The notes below the pieces were generated by a model. The model had not been told where the DNA came from and ran no database searches. It saw only the letters and a list, made by a program, of their open reading frames with translations. A DNA stretch of 64,000 bases from an uncultured delta proteobacterium (GTDB taxonomy: Bacteria > Myxococcota_A > Polyangia > Fen-1088). The translations under genes were made by a program, and so were the position numbers. Position 1 is the stretch's first letter. Each line of letters starts with the position of its first letter. The DNA is taken from contig CAVTRY010000007.1 of the NCBI GenBank assembly GCA_963737265.1, positions 32,001 through 96,000 on the forward strand. The letters run 5' to 3'. Of the stretch, positions 49,538-60,300 are shown in pieces.

Positions 49538-49660
49538 GGCGTTCTCCTTTGCAGGCCAATTACCACGGGTCTGGCGCCCGGTGCAATGGGCAGCGACGCC
49601 CTTTTGCATCTTGCGCCAACGAGCGGCCGGCATCATGATCCGCGTTTTGGGGAATCATCC

Positions 49661-49855
49661 ATGGGCCAAAGTCTGATGTCGCGCGACAAATCCGAAGCAA
49701 AGAAGAAAGGGCTCTTCGCTGTCTCGGCCTGGGCGGGCGCCGGTGCGCTGGTTCTCTACCACGCCCCATTCCTAGGGCTGCTGGCCGGCGGCGCGGCGGC
49801 GTACTTGACCTACCGCTGGTTCATGTTCCGCGCCAGGCGGGGAATGCGTTTCTAG
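49661..49855 (+). CDS. Small membrane protein
   Basis: MGQSLMSRDKSEAKKKG + two short hydrophobic helices + WFMFRARRGMRF; GC3-biased codons. Confidence 0.65.
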   Translation: MGQSLMSRDKSEAKKKGLFAVSAWAGAGALVLYHAPFLGLLAGGAAAYLTYRWFMFRARRGMRF

Positions 49856-49910
49856 ACTAATCGCGTCTCGCGTGGCGCGAGGACCTCCGCCACGCGATGT
49901 CATATCTGCG

Positions 49911-50546
49911 TCATGGCTGCATGAACAGCGGGGGCCCCGTTGGCGCCTGCTCTTCGCCGGACGGGCTACCCGATTGCGTGGTCCTCGCCACGCGGTGGAA
50001 CGTGACGGGAAAATCGACTTGCACGCCCTTGCCCTCGAAGGTCGGGAATCGGATGTTCTGAACGACGTGGCGGATGCAGCGCTCGGCGTCACCTGAAGCG
50101 CCATTCAAACGCACCAGGCTGGGCTTGCCGCTTGGATCCGCCTCGAAGGAGATGGCCACCATCGGATCTTCAGACGACGGCGAGAAGCAAGCAGCGACCG
50201 ACGAGACAGCACCCTGCAGTGCCCGGTTCAGCACATCTCGGGTAAGCCCGTGGGGATCGCCGTTTAAGGTGCCGACCGGACCGCTCTGCGGCCCGGCCAC
50301 CGGCTGCACAGCGGCCGACGCGGGATCGTCGGCGATTACCACGGGCGCGATGGGCGTTCCACCTGAGGTTCTGAGCTCGATAGGCTTGGCTGTAGATGTC
50401 GGCTCTGACGCGACGGCGGTATTGCCCCTCGGTAGCGGCGGAGGTCGATTGGAACTACCGCTGCACGCGACAACGCCTGCAAGCGCAACAAACACCAGCC
50501 TGGCGCCGTGCGCGGCCGAACCGCTATGTGACACGTGGCTGGACAT
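49911..50546 (-). CDS. Lipoprotein with TonB-C/AgmX-like C-terminal domain
   Basis: VVAC lipobox, Pro-rich linker, VAACF...ERCI..VV.NIRFP.F...VDFPVTF pattern. Confidence 0.65.
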   Translation of the reverse strand: MSSHVSHSGSAAHGARLVFVALAGVVACSGSSNRPPPLPRGNTAVASEPTSTAKPIELRTSGGTPIAPVVIADDPASAAVQPVAGPQSGPVGTLNGDPHGLTRDVLNRALQGAVSSVAACFSPSSEDPMVAISFEADPSGKPSLVRLNGASGDAERCIRHVVQNIRFPTFEGKGVQVDFPVTFHRVARTTQSGSPSGEEQAPTGPPLFMQP

Positions 50547-50596
50547 CCCCGGTGGTTTCCTCGACAGATCCGCAGTGTATCTTGATGTCGGCTGCT

Positions 50597-52377
50597 GGGT
50601 GGGTTGCACGGGCCCGGGTTCTGGTGGCGGCTGAAGGGCCCGTTTTCCGAGCGCGCTACGGGACGTTGATTCGAGGGCGAGTTGGTGGGTGGCGCGCTCG
50701 GAAAACGGGCCCTGGCGTGGTTCCCAAAATGGAAGGAATTTGCGTAGGAAGGAGATTCATGGCGATGCCTTCAGCTATCCAAGAAGGAGGCACCGCCATG
50801 AGACGACCCAATGTCGCAGGATTGACTTTGCAGGCTCTGGAACCGCTCGTCCAGAAATTGAACGAGCTCGAACAACAAGCGCTGCGCGGCGATGGCATGT
50901 CCGTGGCGACGCTGGGGGCTGCGCTGGCGACGACGTTGTCGACTGTGGGCCGAAGAGCCATGGAACTGGTCATCCAACAGGCCGCGCGGGCTCATGGACC
51001 TGGACAAGTCTGCACCTGTGGAAAGCAAGCCAAATCCAGAGGATTTGAGAGAACGACGTTCGTGGCGAGATTCGGTCGGGTGGAAGCCGATCGTCGACGC
51101 AACGAGTGTGTTTGCGGCCGCAGCTGGTTTGCCTTTGACGAGGCTTGGGGCCTTCCTGCGGGCGAATACGCCGACGATGTGCGCGAGGCGACCGAAAGGC
51201 TGGCCTGCCGGATGGGCAGCTTCGACGAGGCCGTCGAGGAACTCCGTTACCTGTGGGCCGTGGCTCCCGACGGGAGCACCGCCAAGCGATGGGTGACCGA
51301 AGATGGAACGCGTGCCGCCCAGGCCGCCCAGGCCGATGCCGAAGCCCATTGGAGCAAGTACGACCAACAGGTGCACGCCCAGGCTCGCGGTGACCTGTGT
51401 GCGCCCAAGCGTACAGAGGGCTTCGGCGTGATCGAGGTTGACGGTGTTCACGTCCTGACCTGGAAACCAGGACAAGAGCCACGGCGCAAAGCGACCGACG
51501 AGGCGAAGGCGCCGTCTGCGGTCCCGAACGCCACACAGTCGGCAGCGGTCAGCGAGACCGGCGAACGTGCCCTTCGCCATCAGGCGCCGAGTACCCTGTC
51601 CGAGGTCGCTGGCTCGCCCATGGGGCCCACCGGGCGCTCACCACGGGTCGCCGGCCGCGAGGTGTGCATGGGACTGACCTACCTCGGGGAACACGCCTGC
51701 GAGGAGAGCCCCGGCCGAGGCGTCTTGCTGGACCGGCGCTACGTCGCAACACTCAACGACCGAGACGGCTTTTGGCACAAGCTGCACGCCGCCGCCACGA
51801 CCCAGGGCGTGCTGTCTCGCCAGAAGGTAGTCCGTGTCTCCGACGGTGGCGCTTACTTCATCGAGCACAGCGACGAGATCTTCTGCGACCAGCCGTTGCT
51901 TGGCATCCTCGACTGCCAGCACGCCAAGCAGCATGTCTGGGAGGCAGGTCACAAGGTCGTGCCGGACAAGAAAGCAGTGCCATCTTGGGTCTTGCCACGT
52001 ACCGAGGCCATCATGGACGGCAAGGTCGACCAGGTGCTCTCGGGCCTCGCCCAAGAGCGGCAGCGTTCCACCGGCAGCCAAGCGGTCAAAGCCCTCGACG
52101 ACTTGACCGGCTACCTGAGCCGCCACAAGCACATGATGGACTACCCCGCATACCACGCTGCCGGCTATCCGCTGGCCAGTGCCGCCATCGAAAGCACCAA
52201 CAAGCGCCTCGTCGGCCGGCGCTGCAAGCAAGGCGGCATGCTCTGGAGCGAGGTCGGCCTTGAAGCCATGGTCGCGCTCAGGGTTGCCTTCTACAACCCG
52301 GGGGCCTGGCTCGCCCTCTGGCCTCACACCCAAGCCCAGCCGCCCAGTCATGAAACCCGGACCCGTGCAACCCACCC
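50597..52377 (+). mobile_element. Insertion sequence (ISKra4/ISLre2-like), 1781 bp, 24-bp IRs, 17-bp direct repeats
   Basis: IRL GGGTGGGTTGCACGGGCCCGGGTT (50597-50620) vs IRR 52354-52377 (23/24 match); DR TCTTGATGTCGGCTGCT at 50580-50596 and 52378-52394. Confidence 0.9.
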
Positions 52378-52399
52378 TCTTGATGTCGGCTGCTTGTGA
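50798..52399 (+). CDS. DDE transposase (ISKra4/UPF0236-like)
   Basis: AAGGAGG RBS; CTCG..CVCG Zn motif; [35 protein letters not shown]. Confidence 0.88.
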   Translation: MRRPNVAGLTLQALEPLVQKLNELEQQALRGDGMSVATLGAALATTLSTVGRRAMELVIQQAARAHGPGQVCTCGKQAKSRGFERTTFVARFGRVEADRRRNECVCGRSWFAFDEAWGLPAGEYADDVREATERLACRMGSFDEAVEELRYLWAVAPDGSTAKRWVTEDGTRAAQAAQADAEAHWSKYDQQVHAQARGDLCAPKRTEGFGVIEVDGVHVLTWKPGQEPRRKATDEAKAPSAVPNATQSAAVSETGERALRHQAPSTLSEVAGSPMGPTGRSPRVAGREVCMGLTYLGEHACEESPGRGVLLDRRYVATLNDRDGFWHKLHAAATTQGVLSRQKVVRVSDGGAYFIEHSDEIFCDQPLLGILDCQHAKQHVWEAGHKVVPDKKAVPSWVLPRTEAIMDGKVDQVLSGLAQERQRSTGSQAVKALDDLTGYLSRHKHMMDYPAYHAAGYPLASAAIESTNKRLVGRRCKQGGMLWSEVGLEAMVALRVAFYNPGAWLALWPHTQAQPPSHETRTRATHPLDVGCL

Positions 52400-52549
52400 A
52401 ATTGCTCTATCGCGAGGTACCCTTGCTGCTTCCCCAATATGTCTTTTCGGACAAGGTCACGACACCCATCGTGAAGGCCAAGTTCGGCGACTCCAGCGGC
52501 GTGCCCGGCGCTGCCTGGCTGTGGCCGCTCAAGAGGTAGGGCACCGGCT

Positions 52550-52798
52550 CTAGCGCCGGCGCATCTCGACGACGGTCGAGATGACCAGAAACAGGCCGAG
52601 CAAGATCCACACGACGCCCATGCGCAGATGGCGGCGCTGCTCGGGCCCACGAGCTTCTGCCCCAGCACCGTCCTCCTTGGCATCGTCCACCAGGCGAGGC
52701 GCGCGGGGCGCGGCCAAATACTTGGCGCGCAGGATTCCAAAAAGAATCAAGGTCGCGCCGACGGCATAGGGAATGGCGGGAGGAATGTTGATCTGCAT
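52550..52798 (-). CDS. Small two-TM membrane protein
   Basis: Two hydrophobic helices; follows the RNase Y-like gene on the same strand. Confidence 0.65.
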   Translation of the reverse strand: MQINIPPAIPYAVGATLILFGILRAKYLAAPRAPRLVDDAKEDGAGAEARGPEQRRHLRMGVVWILLGLFLVISTVVEMRRR

Positions 52799-52822
52799 TT
52801 TGGACGGTGGGTTTCCGGAGAG

Positions 52823-54388
52823 TTAGCTGGCGAGCTCCACGGCTTTGAATTCGCGGATTACGGTAATCTTGATCTGTCCGGGAAAGGTCATCTCGCGCGA
52901 AATGAGCGCCGCGATGTCGGTGGCGAGCCTGGCCGCGCCCACGTCGTTGATACGATCCTCCTCCACGTAGACCCGGACCTCGCGCCCGCCTTGGACGGCA
53001 AACGCCTCGCCCACGCCGCGGAAGCTGCGCGCGATTCGTTCGATCTCGGCTAACTTGGCCATGTGGTTGTCCTCGGTCTGGCGGCGCGCACCCGGGCGGC
53101 CACCCGACATGGCGTCGGCGGCGGCGACCAGGTGCGCGTAGGCACTGCCAAACGGCTCCTCGGTGTGGTGGGCACCGATGGCGTTCGCGACCACCTCGCG
53201 TTCGCCGAGCCGGCGCGCGTAATCCGCACCGATGAGGGCGTGCGATCCGTCGAGCTCGTGGGTGAGCGCCTTACCGATGTCGTGCAGAAGTGCCGCCCGC
53301 CGGGCCACCTTGACGTCGAGGCCAAGCTCGTCCGCCATCATCCCGCACAGAAAACCCGCTTCGACGGCGTGCTGCCATTGATTCTGCGCATAGCTGGTTC
53401 TGAAATTGAGCCGGCCCACCAGATTCACGATCTCGGGATGCGCGCGTTCGACGTGGAGCAAGGCGAAACCACGCCGGCCAAATTCGACGATCTCGCGATC
53501 GACCTCGGCGCTAACCTCGCGTGCGACCCGGGTGAAAACATCGCCGCGTAGCCCAGGCCGCCGAAGCATCCGACCGATGCAACGGCGGGCCACCTCGCGC
53601 CCCACGCCGTCGAGGCCTTCGATACGAATGGCATCGCCTTCTTCCGTGAAAACCAGGTGAACCCCGACCCCGGCGATCCCTTCGACGAGCTTGAGGTCGT
53701 CCTCGGTGATGGTCGGACGCTGAGCGCGGGACTCTTGCAGCGAGATGATCGACTGCGGCCTTTCGGAATAGAAATGGTCGGTCAAGCGGCCAACGGAGAT
53801 CCCCATCAGCCGTTTCGCAGCCCTGGCGACTTCGGTCGCCGACGCACCCTCGCTGGCGTTGCGCACGAGCTGCGCCGCCCCGACCCGGCCCTCGTCGATT
53901 TCCGCATCGGCCAGGGCTCGAATCGTCTGCTGCGCCGAGCTATTTGCTGCTTGTTCGAGTGCCTTCCTCCTCTGCCCGAGCAGCGAAGACAGCTCCGCAT
54001 CCAGCGCCTTCTTCTCTCGCTCGCGCTCCGCAAGAGGCGTCTCACGCTCCGTCAGATCGTTGCGCAGCTCATCGAGAGCGCGCGCTTCCTCGTTGGCTAG
54101 CACAGCTCGGCCCACCAGAGCGGCCTCACGTTCGGCAAGCTCGACTTGACGAGCACGCAGCTCTCCGTCGACCTGGGCGCGCAAAACCAGGGCATCCTCG
54201 CGCGCGGTCACTTCCGCTTGCATGCGCAGAGTTTGCCGCTCGCGCTCGGCGGCGGCGAGAATTCTGGCAATCTCCTGCGCGCGGGCGTGGCTAATCTGGC
54301 GCCCCCGAGCGCGCGCCTTGATGGCGAACCACAGGCCGGCGCAAGCGCCCGCCACTGCCGCCAGTATGACCGCCAGAGCAGCGGGCAT
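52823..54388 (-). CDS. rny: Ribonuclease Y-like HD phosphohydrolase (degenerate KH domain)
   Basis: N-terminal TM + coiled coil, RTSYAQN..H, LLHDIGKA, HALIG, AHH, AADAMSGGRPGAR, QGGREVRV, FPGQIKITVIRE. Confidence 0.85.
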   Translation of the reverse strand: MPAALAVILAAVAGACAGLWFAIKARARGRQISHARAQEIARILAAAERERQTLRMQAEVTAREDALVLRAQVDGELRARQVELAEREAALVGRAVLANEEARALDELRNDLTERETPLAEREREKKALDAELSSLLGQRRKALEQAANSSAQQTIRALADAEIDEGRVGAAQLVRNASEGASATEVARAAKRLMGISVGRLTDHFYSERPQSIISLQESRAQRPTITEDDLKLVEGIAGVGVHLVFTEEGDAIRIEGLDGVGREVARRCIGRMLRRPGLRGDVFTRVAREVSAEVDREIVEFGRRGFALLHVERAHPEIVNLVGRLNFRTSYAQNQWQHAVEAGFLCGMMADELGLDVKVARRAALLHDIGKALTHELDGSHALIGADYARRLGEREVVANAIGAHHTEEPFGSAYAHLVAAADAMSGGRPGARRQTEDNHMAKLAEIERIARSFRGVGEAFAVQGGREVRVYVEEDRINDVGAARLATDIAALISREMTFPGQIKITVIREFKAVELAS

Positions 54389-54394
54389 GGTGCC

Positions 54395-57300
54395 TTACCC
54401 GATGGCCAACCCGAGGTGGCTGCGCAACTCGAAGTACTCTTCCGAGACACTCCACTGCAAGAGATCTCGGATCTTGTCCTTGGGATCGGCGCTGCCCACG
54501 GCAATCGGCTCGGCCAAAATCTGCTGCGCGGCGACCTCGATGTCGTTGCAAAGCAAGAACCCGGCGCGCGTCGACGTGTAGTCGACCGCAATCGCCCACT
54601 TGTGAAGATCCACGTCCGCCTTGCTTTCCAAGAAGCGACGCACGACCTCGGTGAGCTGTTCCAGGTGTTGCGGCGGCAAGAATCGCCGTAGCAGATCCAC
54701 GCGCTCGGCCACGGGCTGCTCCATCTCTCCCTTGACTGGCACCTTGGGTTGAACCAACTTGAGCGCCGCCAAGAAGAAGGCCTTGAGCTCGGAGACCTGC
54801 GGGACGATGCGCGGCCAGCGCATCACGTGATCCGAACGCAAAAGCGTCAGACGCTTGCCGAGCGCATAGGCCAGATCCTTCTCCTGCTTGCCCTGCAAGA
54901 GCGCGGCGCCCACGATCAGCGCCGGGCAAAGCTGTTGCCTGTCGCGCGCGCTGACGAATTCGATTTCGCCGGCCCAATCCTGGCGCAAGTACAGCTCGGG
55001 GCTGCTGACGCCCAAGATTTGGCTGGCGTAGACAAACACGCGGCTGAACATCAATTGGTCGGTGGCCAGATCGCGGCGATCCTTGCGCCGGATGCCGTAG
55101 TCCTTGTGTTCCTGGGCGCGGATGGCGATGACCGTCTGACTGATGTTGGCGAGCACCAGCGAAACGTAGCGATCCTCGTCGCGGTGGAAAATCTGTTTCT
55201 GCCAGTTTTCCTCGGTCAGGCGAGCCTTGACCCGCGCCAGGCCCTTGCCGCGGTACTGCTCGAAGAAGCGCAGCTCCTCGGCGTCGGCCTGCTTGAGATA
55301 GGCCAGCGTCGCGGCCACGCACCACACCTGGTCGTATTTGCCCGACTCGGCGTAAAGACGCCGCAGCGTCTTGAGCGACGGAACCATCTCCTTCGGATCC
55401 TTGGCGCGCGCGATGAGGAATCGGTATTCACGAATCGCCTTGTCGTAGCATTCCGGTCCCTGCACTTGGTACAGCTCGGCCAGGATTTGATGGCGCGAGG
55501 TATTCTCGCCTTCCAGTCGGACGCAAACCTCGAAGGCCTCGGCGGCCTCGCGGTACTGCTTGAGGCGCGAGCGATAGATCTCGCCGAGTCCGTGCCAAAG
55601 CGCGAGCTGCGTCGCCTTCTTCTCGGGCGTGACTTCTTGGCCGAGTCGTTTGATCATTTTGCGGTAGTTGCGCTGCTGGTTGGTCCAGTCCTTCTTGGCC
55701 GTCATGATCTTGTCGATGCGCTCGAACGGCTTGAGGTCGTCCGGACTCTCGTCGAGCGCCTGGTTGAACATCTCGACCGCCTCGTCGGGAGAGTGCAATT
55801 CGGTGTTGGTGATGATGCCGGCGGTTTCGAGGTACTTGGCCTTGGATTTTCCGGTTTCGAGATTGGCGAGCCGCATGAGGATCTCGACTGCCTTCTTCCA
55901 TTGCTTGGTTTCGTGCAGAAGGTCGAGCACGTCGACGAGCAGGTTGCGCGCATCGGGTTTGACCTCGATGGCTTCGAGATAGACCGCGATGGCCTTTTGG
56001 GAATTGGCCAGCTTGTCCTTGTAGATGGAGATAATCTCCTCGTGGAAGCGCAGCTTCTCTTCCACGCTCGCAAGGTGGGACAAAAGCGCACGCTTCTGCC
56101 TAATCACAGCCTCCCAATCGCCGGCCTCGGCGTACACCGCCGCCAGGGCTTCCAGCGTGGGCCGATGACCCGGTTGGATTTCGAGCGCTTTTTCGAACAT
56201 GTTGATGGCCTTCGCGCGCTCGCCCACCTTCATCTTGATGTTGCCGATGCGGTGGAATATCTCGACGATTTGATCGTCGCTCTGCGACTCGCGATGCTGA
56301 ACCATCACGGTCTGGTACAGTTTGAAAGCATCGTCCCACTGCTGGCGGCGGTAGAGCAGATCGGCCCGGTCAACCAGCGTCGGCAAATGGGTCGGATCCA
56401 GCTCGTAAGCGTGGCGGTAACACTTGAGCGCCTTCTCCTGATCGCCCAGCCTGTCAGCCGCTTTGGCCAGCCGGTAGTAAAGGACGTGAAGCTCTTTGTT
56501 GGCGCGCCGGTCGGTCTTGCGCGCCAGCATCTCGAGCACCGGAATGAGCGGGACCCACTCTTCGCGGCGGTAGTAGATCTCGGCCAGCGGCGAGGCGGCT
56601 TCGACGTGCTCGGGATCGAATTCGAGGGTCCGGGCGAAGAGATCCTTGGCCTTCTGCTCGTCGCCGAGCTCGGTCTGGTACAGCTTGCCCGCCTCAAAAA
56701 GCAGTCGAGTCTTTTCGAGGAGGTTCTGCGTGTGGGCCTCGGCCCGCACCATCATCTGAGCCGCCTTGAGCGAGTCGCCTCGGCGTTTGTAGAGGTTGAC
56801 CAGCGACAACATGCTCGGCACGTGGGTGGCGTCGATGCTGAGCGCATCGGACAGCCGTTCCTCGGCCGATTCCGGCATCTGCATGTGCTCGTCGAAGATC
56901 TTGCCCAGCCGGAAGCTCAAGTCGACCTTCTCCTTGGCTTCCACCACATGCACCAACCGCTCCATGATCTCGACCGCGCGATCCCATTGCTCGGTCTGCT
57001 CGTAGATGCGCGAGAGGCCCTTGAGCGCCTCCGTGTGATCGGGATCGAAGGTGAGGATGTCGTTGTATGCCTCGGCGGCGCGATCGGGATCGCGCAGCTC
57101 CTCTTCGAAGAGCTGACCCAAGGCCAGGTAAACCGCCGTGCGCTCCTGCACTTCGGTCTCGACTAGGATGTGGCGACGGTAGATGTCCACCAAGGCATCC
57201 CAATTGCGATCCCCGCGGTACAAGCGTTCAATGTCGCGATAGACGCGCAGTTGATGCTCATCGACTTCCAGCACGTGCTGCAAGCACTCGATGGCCCGAT

Positions 57301-60300
57301 CGGACTTGCCCGGCTGCTGCTCCCACACCTGCGCCATGCGTAAGTACAGGCTCACGCGCTCAGTGTCGGCGGGGGTCACTTCGAGTTGGTGCTCGAGGAC
57401 CTCGAGGTAGGCGTCAGTACGGCCGGCTTTGAGATAGAGCTGTTCGAGTGCCTTGAGCGCCGGCAGATTCTGCGGGTCGACGGTTAGCACCTCGCGGTAC
57501 GCATCCACCGCGCGCTCGTTGTCGCCGAGCCTCGTCTCCCACAGCTCGCCGACCTGCAGGCGCAACTTCACCGCCAGCTCGGTGTCGCTGACGACCTGGG
57601 ACTTCTTGCCCAAAACCTCGGCCAGGCGATCCCACGCCTGCGAGCGGCGATGCAAGCGCTCGAGCGCGTCGATGGCGCGCAGGCAGCGTTCATCGCTGCG
57701 CAAGGCTTGCTCGTACGCCGCCGTGGCCTGCCCAACATCGGCGAGTTGAACTTCAAACGCATCCGCCAAGGCCAGCAGGACGGCAACCTTACGCTCGGGA
57801 TCTTGCTCGATCTCGGCGTGCTTGGACAGGACGCCGACCAGCTCTTTCCACTGACCAAGCTTGCGGAAAAAATCGGCCAGCGCCGCCATGGCCCCGACGT
57901 GTTCCGAATCCAGGGTCTGCGCCTTCTTGGCCGCCGCGATGGCGTATTCGGTGTGATCCAAGGCCGAGTCGTACCAGCGGGCGATCTTGACCCACAGGTC
58001 GGCGGCCTGCTTGGGATCGTCCATTCCCTGCGCAACCTGGGTGTACTCGGTGAGCAGGTCGTTCCACTTGCTGGTCACCGTGGCCAGGCGCTCCAGCTCC
58101 TTGGCGACGTAGTCGTTCGAGTAGTCCTCGCGGAAGGCGGCCTGCAAGGTCACGAAGGCCGAGTCGCGATCGTCCATCTGCTCTTCGTAGACGGTGGCGA
58201 TGTCGCAAAGCAGGTGGATGCGTTCCGCCGGACCGTCGACATAGTCGATGCGCGCCAGCAGCAGCTCCACCAACCGCGGCCACACCTTGCGCTGGCGATA
58301 GAGCTCCTCCAGGGCTGTCGACGCTGGGGCGTTGGATGGATCGAGCTCGAGCACGCGCTCGTACGCCTCGGCCGCAGCGGCACCGTCGCCGATCTTGTCG
58401 GCCCAGACGGACGCGGTCTGCATGAGCACGTCGACCTTCTCGGCCGGCGAGGCGAGCGCCGCCACCCGGCGCTCCAGAACCTCCACGCACTCTTCCCAAC
58501 GTCCCTCTTGCGTGAACAGCGTCTCGAGAGCGGCCAGGGCGCGGAAATCCGTCGCATCGAGCTGCAGGACCTGGCGCCAAGCCTCCACGGCCGCGTCGAT
58601 GCGCATGAGGGTCGTCCCCTCGAGCTCGCCCAACTGCGCGTAGAGCTCCTTGATCTCGGCGTCCCCGAGTGCACGCGCGCCCACCGAGATCGTCCGGCGC
58701 AGCGTATCGGACAGCTCTTCCCAAGCGCCCGCGCTGCGATAGTTGTCCGCAATGGCCCGCAAAGCTTCCACGTCGCCGGGATCGATCTCGACGACCTTCT
58801 GCCAGCACTCGAGCGCATTGCGCTCGCGCCCTAGCTTCTCGCCCCACACCCGGCCCAAGCGCTTGTACACGGGAATGCGCGCTTCGGGCTCTTCCGTCGC
58901 GCGGATCTGACTGTCGAGAACCTCGGTGAGCTCGCGCCACTCGTCGGCTTGTTCGTGCAGGTCGGCCAGCGCCGAGAGCGCCACCGGATCCGCTCCGCGC
59001 AAATCGAGCACGCGCCGCCAGAGCTCGACTGCGTGTTCGCGTTGCCCGAGCACGTCCGAGGTGATCTTGGCCATGCGCGCGTAGCAATCGGACAAGGCTT
59101 GGTCGCCCGGCGCGATGTCGAGCATCTTTTCGTAGACGCCGTAGAGATCCTCCCAGCGCTCGGCGCGGAAATACAGACGCTCGAGCGCCTCAAGCGCCTC
59201 GGGCGAGCGCGATTCTTGTTCGAGCACGGCAAGGTAGCTCGCCACCGCGGCATCGGGATCGTCGATGACGTCGGCCAGCACCCGGCCAAGGCGCAGATGC
59301 ATTGCGACCAGTTGGCTGCCGTCTTCGCTGGTGGCGATACGCCGGCGAAGCACGTTGGCGAGCTTTTCGAAGTCGCCTTGCTTGTCGTAGACCCGATCCA
59401 AGAAAGCCAGGGCGGCGACGTCCTGGCCATCGAAACTCAATATCTGCCCGAGAATCTCCTCGGCCCGCGACAAGTCGCCAAGCTCGGTTTCGAAAACGGT
59501 GGCCAGACGCATGAGCACGTCCTTGCGCACTTCCGCATCGCTCGCCTTTCCAGCCGCCTCGGCCATGGTCGAGACGTACGTCTCCCACTGGTGGGTCGCA
59601 CGGGCCAGGCGCAACACCTCGTCGAGGGCCTGCTCGGAGGAGGGCGCTTCCACAACGGCGCGCGCCCACCAATCGAGGGCCGAGATCTGATCCACCAGTT
59701 TGCTTTCGGCGATGTCGGCCAGGCGGCGCAGGATGCGCTGGCGCTCCTCGGGTTGGGTCTCGGAAACCAGCTCCACCTGGTAGACACGCACGAGCTTTTC
59801 CCACTCTTCGCCGACGCGATAGAGCGGCTCGAGAACTTGGGCGATCTCGTGCTGCATGGAACCGCTCGCCATCAACCGTTCGAGGTTGGCGCGCGTGTCC
59901 TCGTGCTGCGGCGAAATCGTGAGAATTTCCTGATAGGCCTCGACGGCCTTCGGCAGATCGCCAAGCGCGACCTCGAGAATCTGCGCGAGGCGGTAGCTGA
60001 GCGAGACGATTTGCTCCTCGGTGTCGGCGAGGCGAATCTCGCGGCGAACGATGTCCGCCAACTCCTGCCAGCGCTCGGCCACGGTGTAGAGGCGGTCGAG
60101 GGCGACCAACCCGTCCTTGCGATCGGGCTCGGCCTCGGCCACGCGTTTGAAGGTCGCGATGGCCTTGTCGACCTCGCGCGTTTCTTCCTCGTACACGCGC
60201 GCTAGGCGCATGAGCATTTCGACCTGGAGGCGGCTATCGAGCACGCGATCGATCTCGGCTTCGATGGCGGCGGCCAGCTCGGGCCACCGACCGCTGGCCT

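Noticed and set aside
50396-50797. Extended transposase N-terminus in the ORF track
   Set aside because: It begins outside the left IR (50597); a strong RBS supports a start at 50798 (or 50759)
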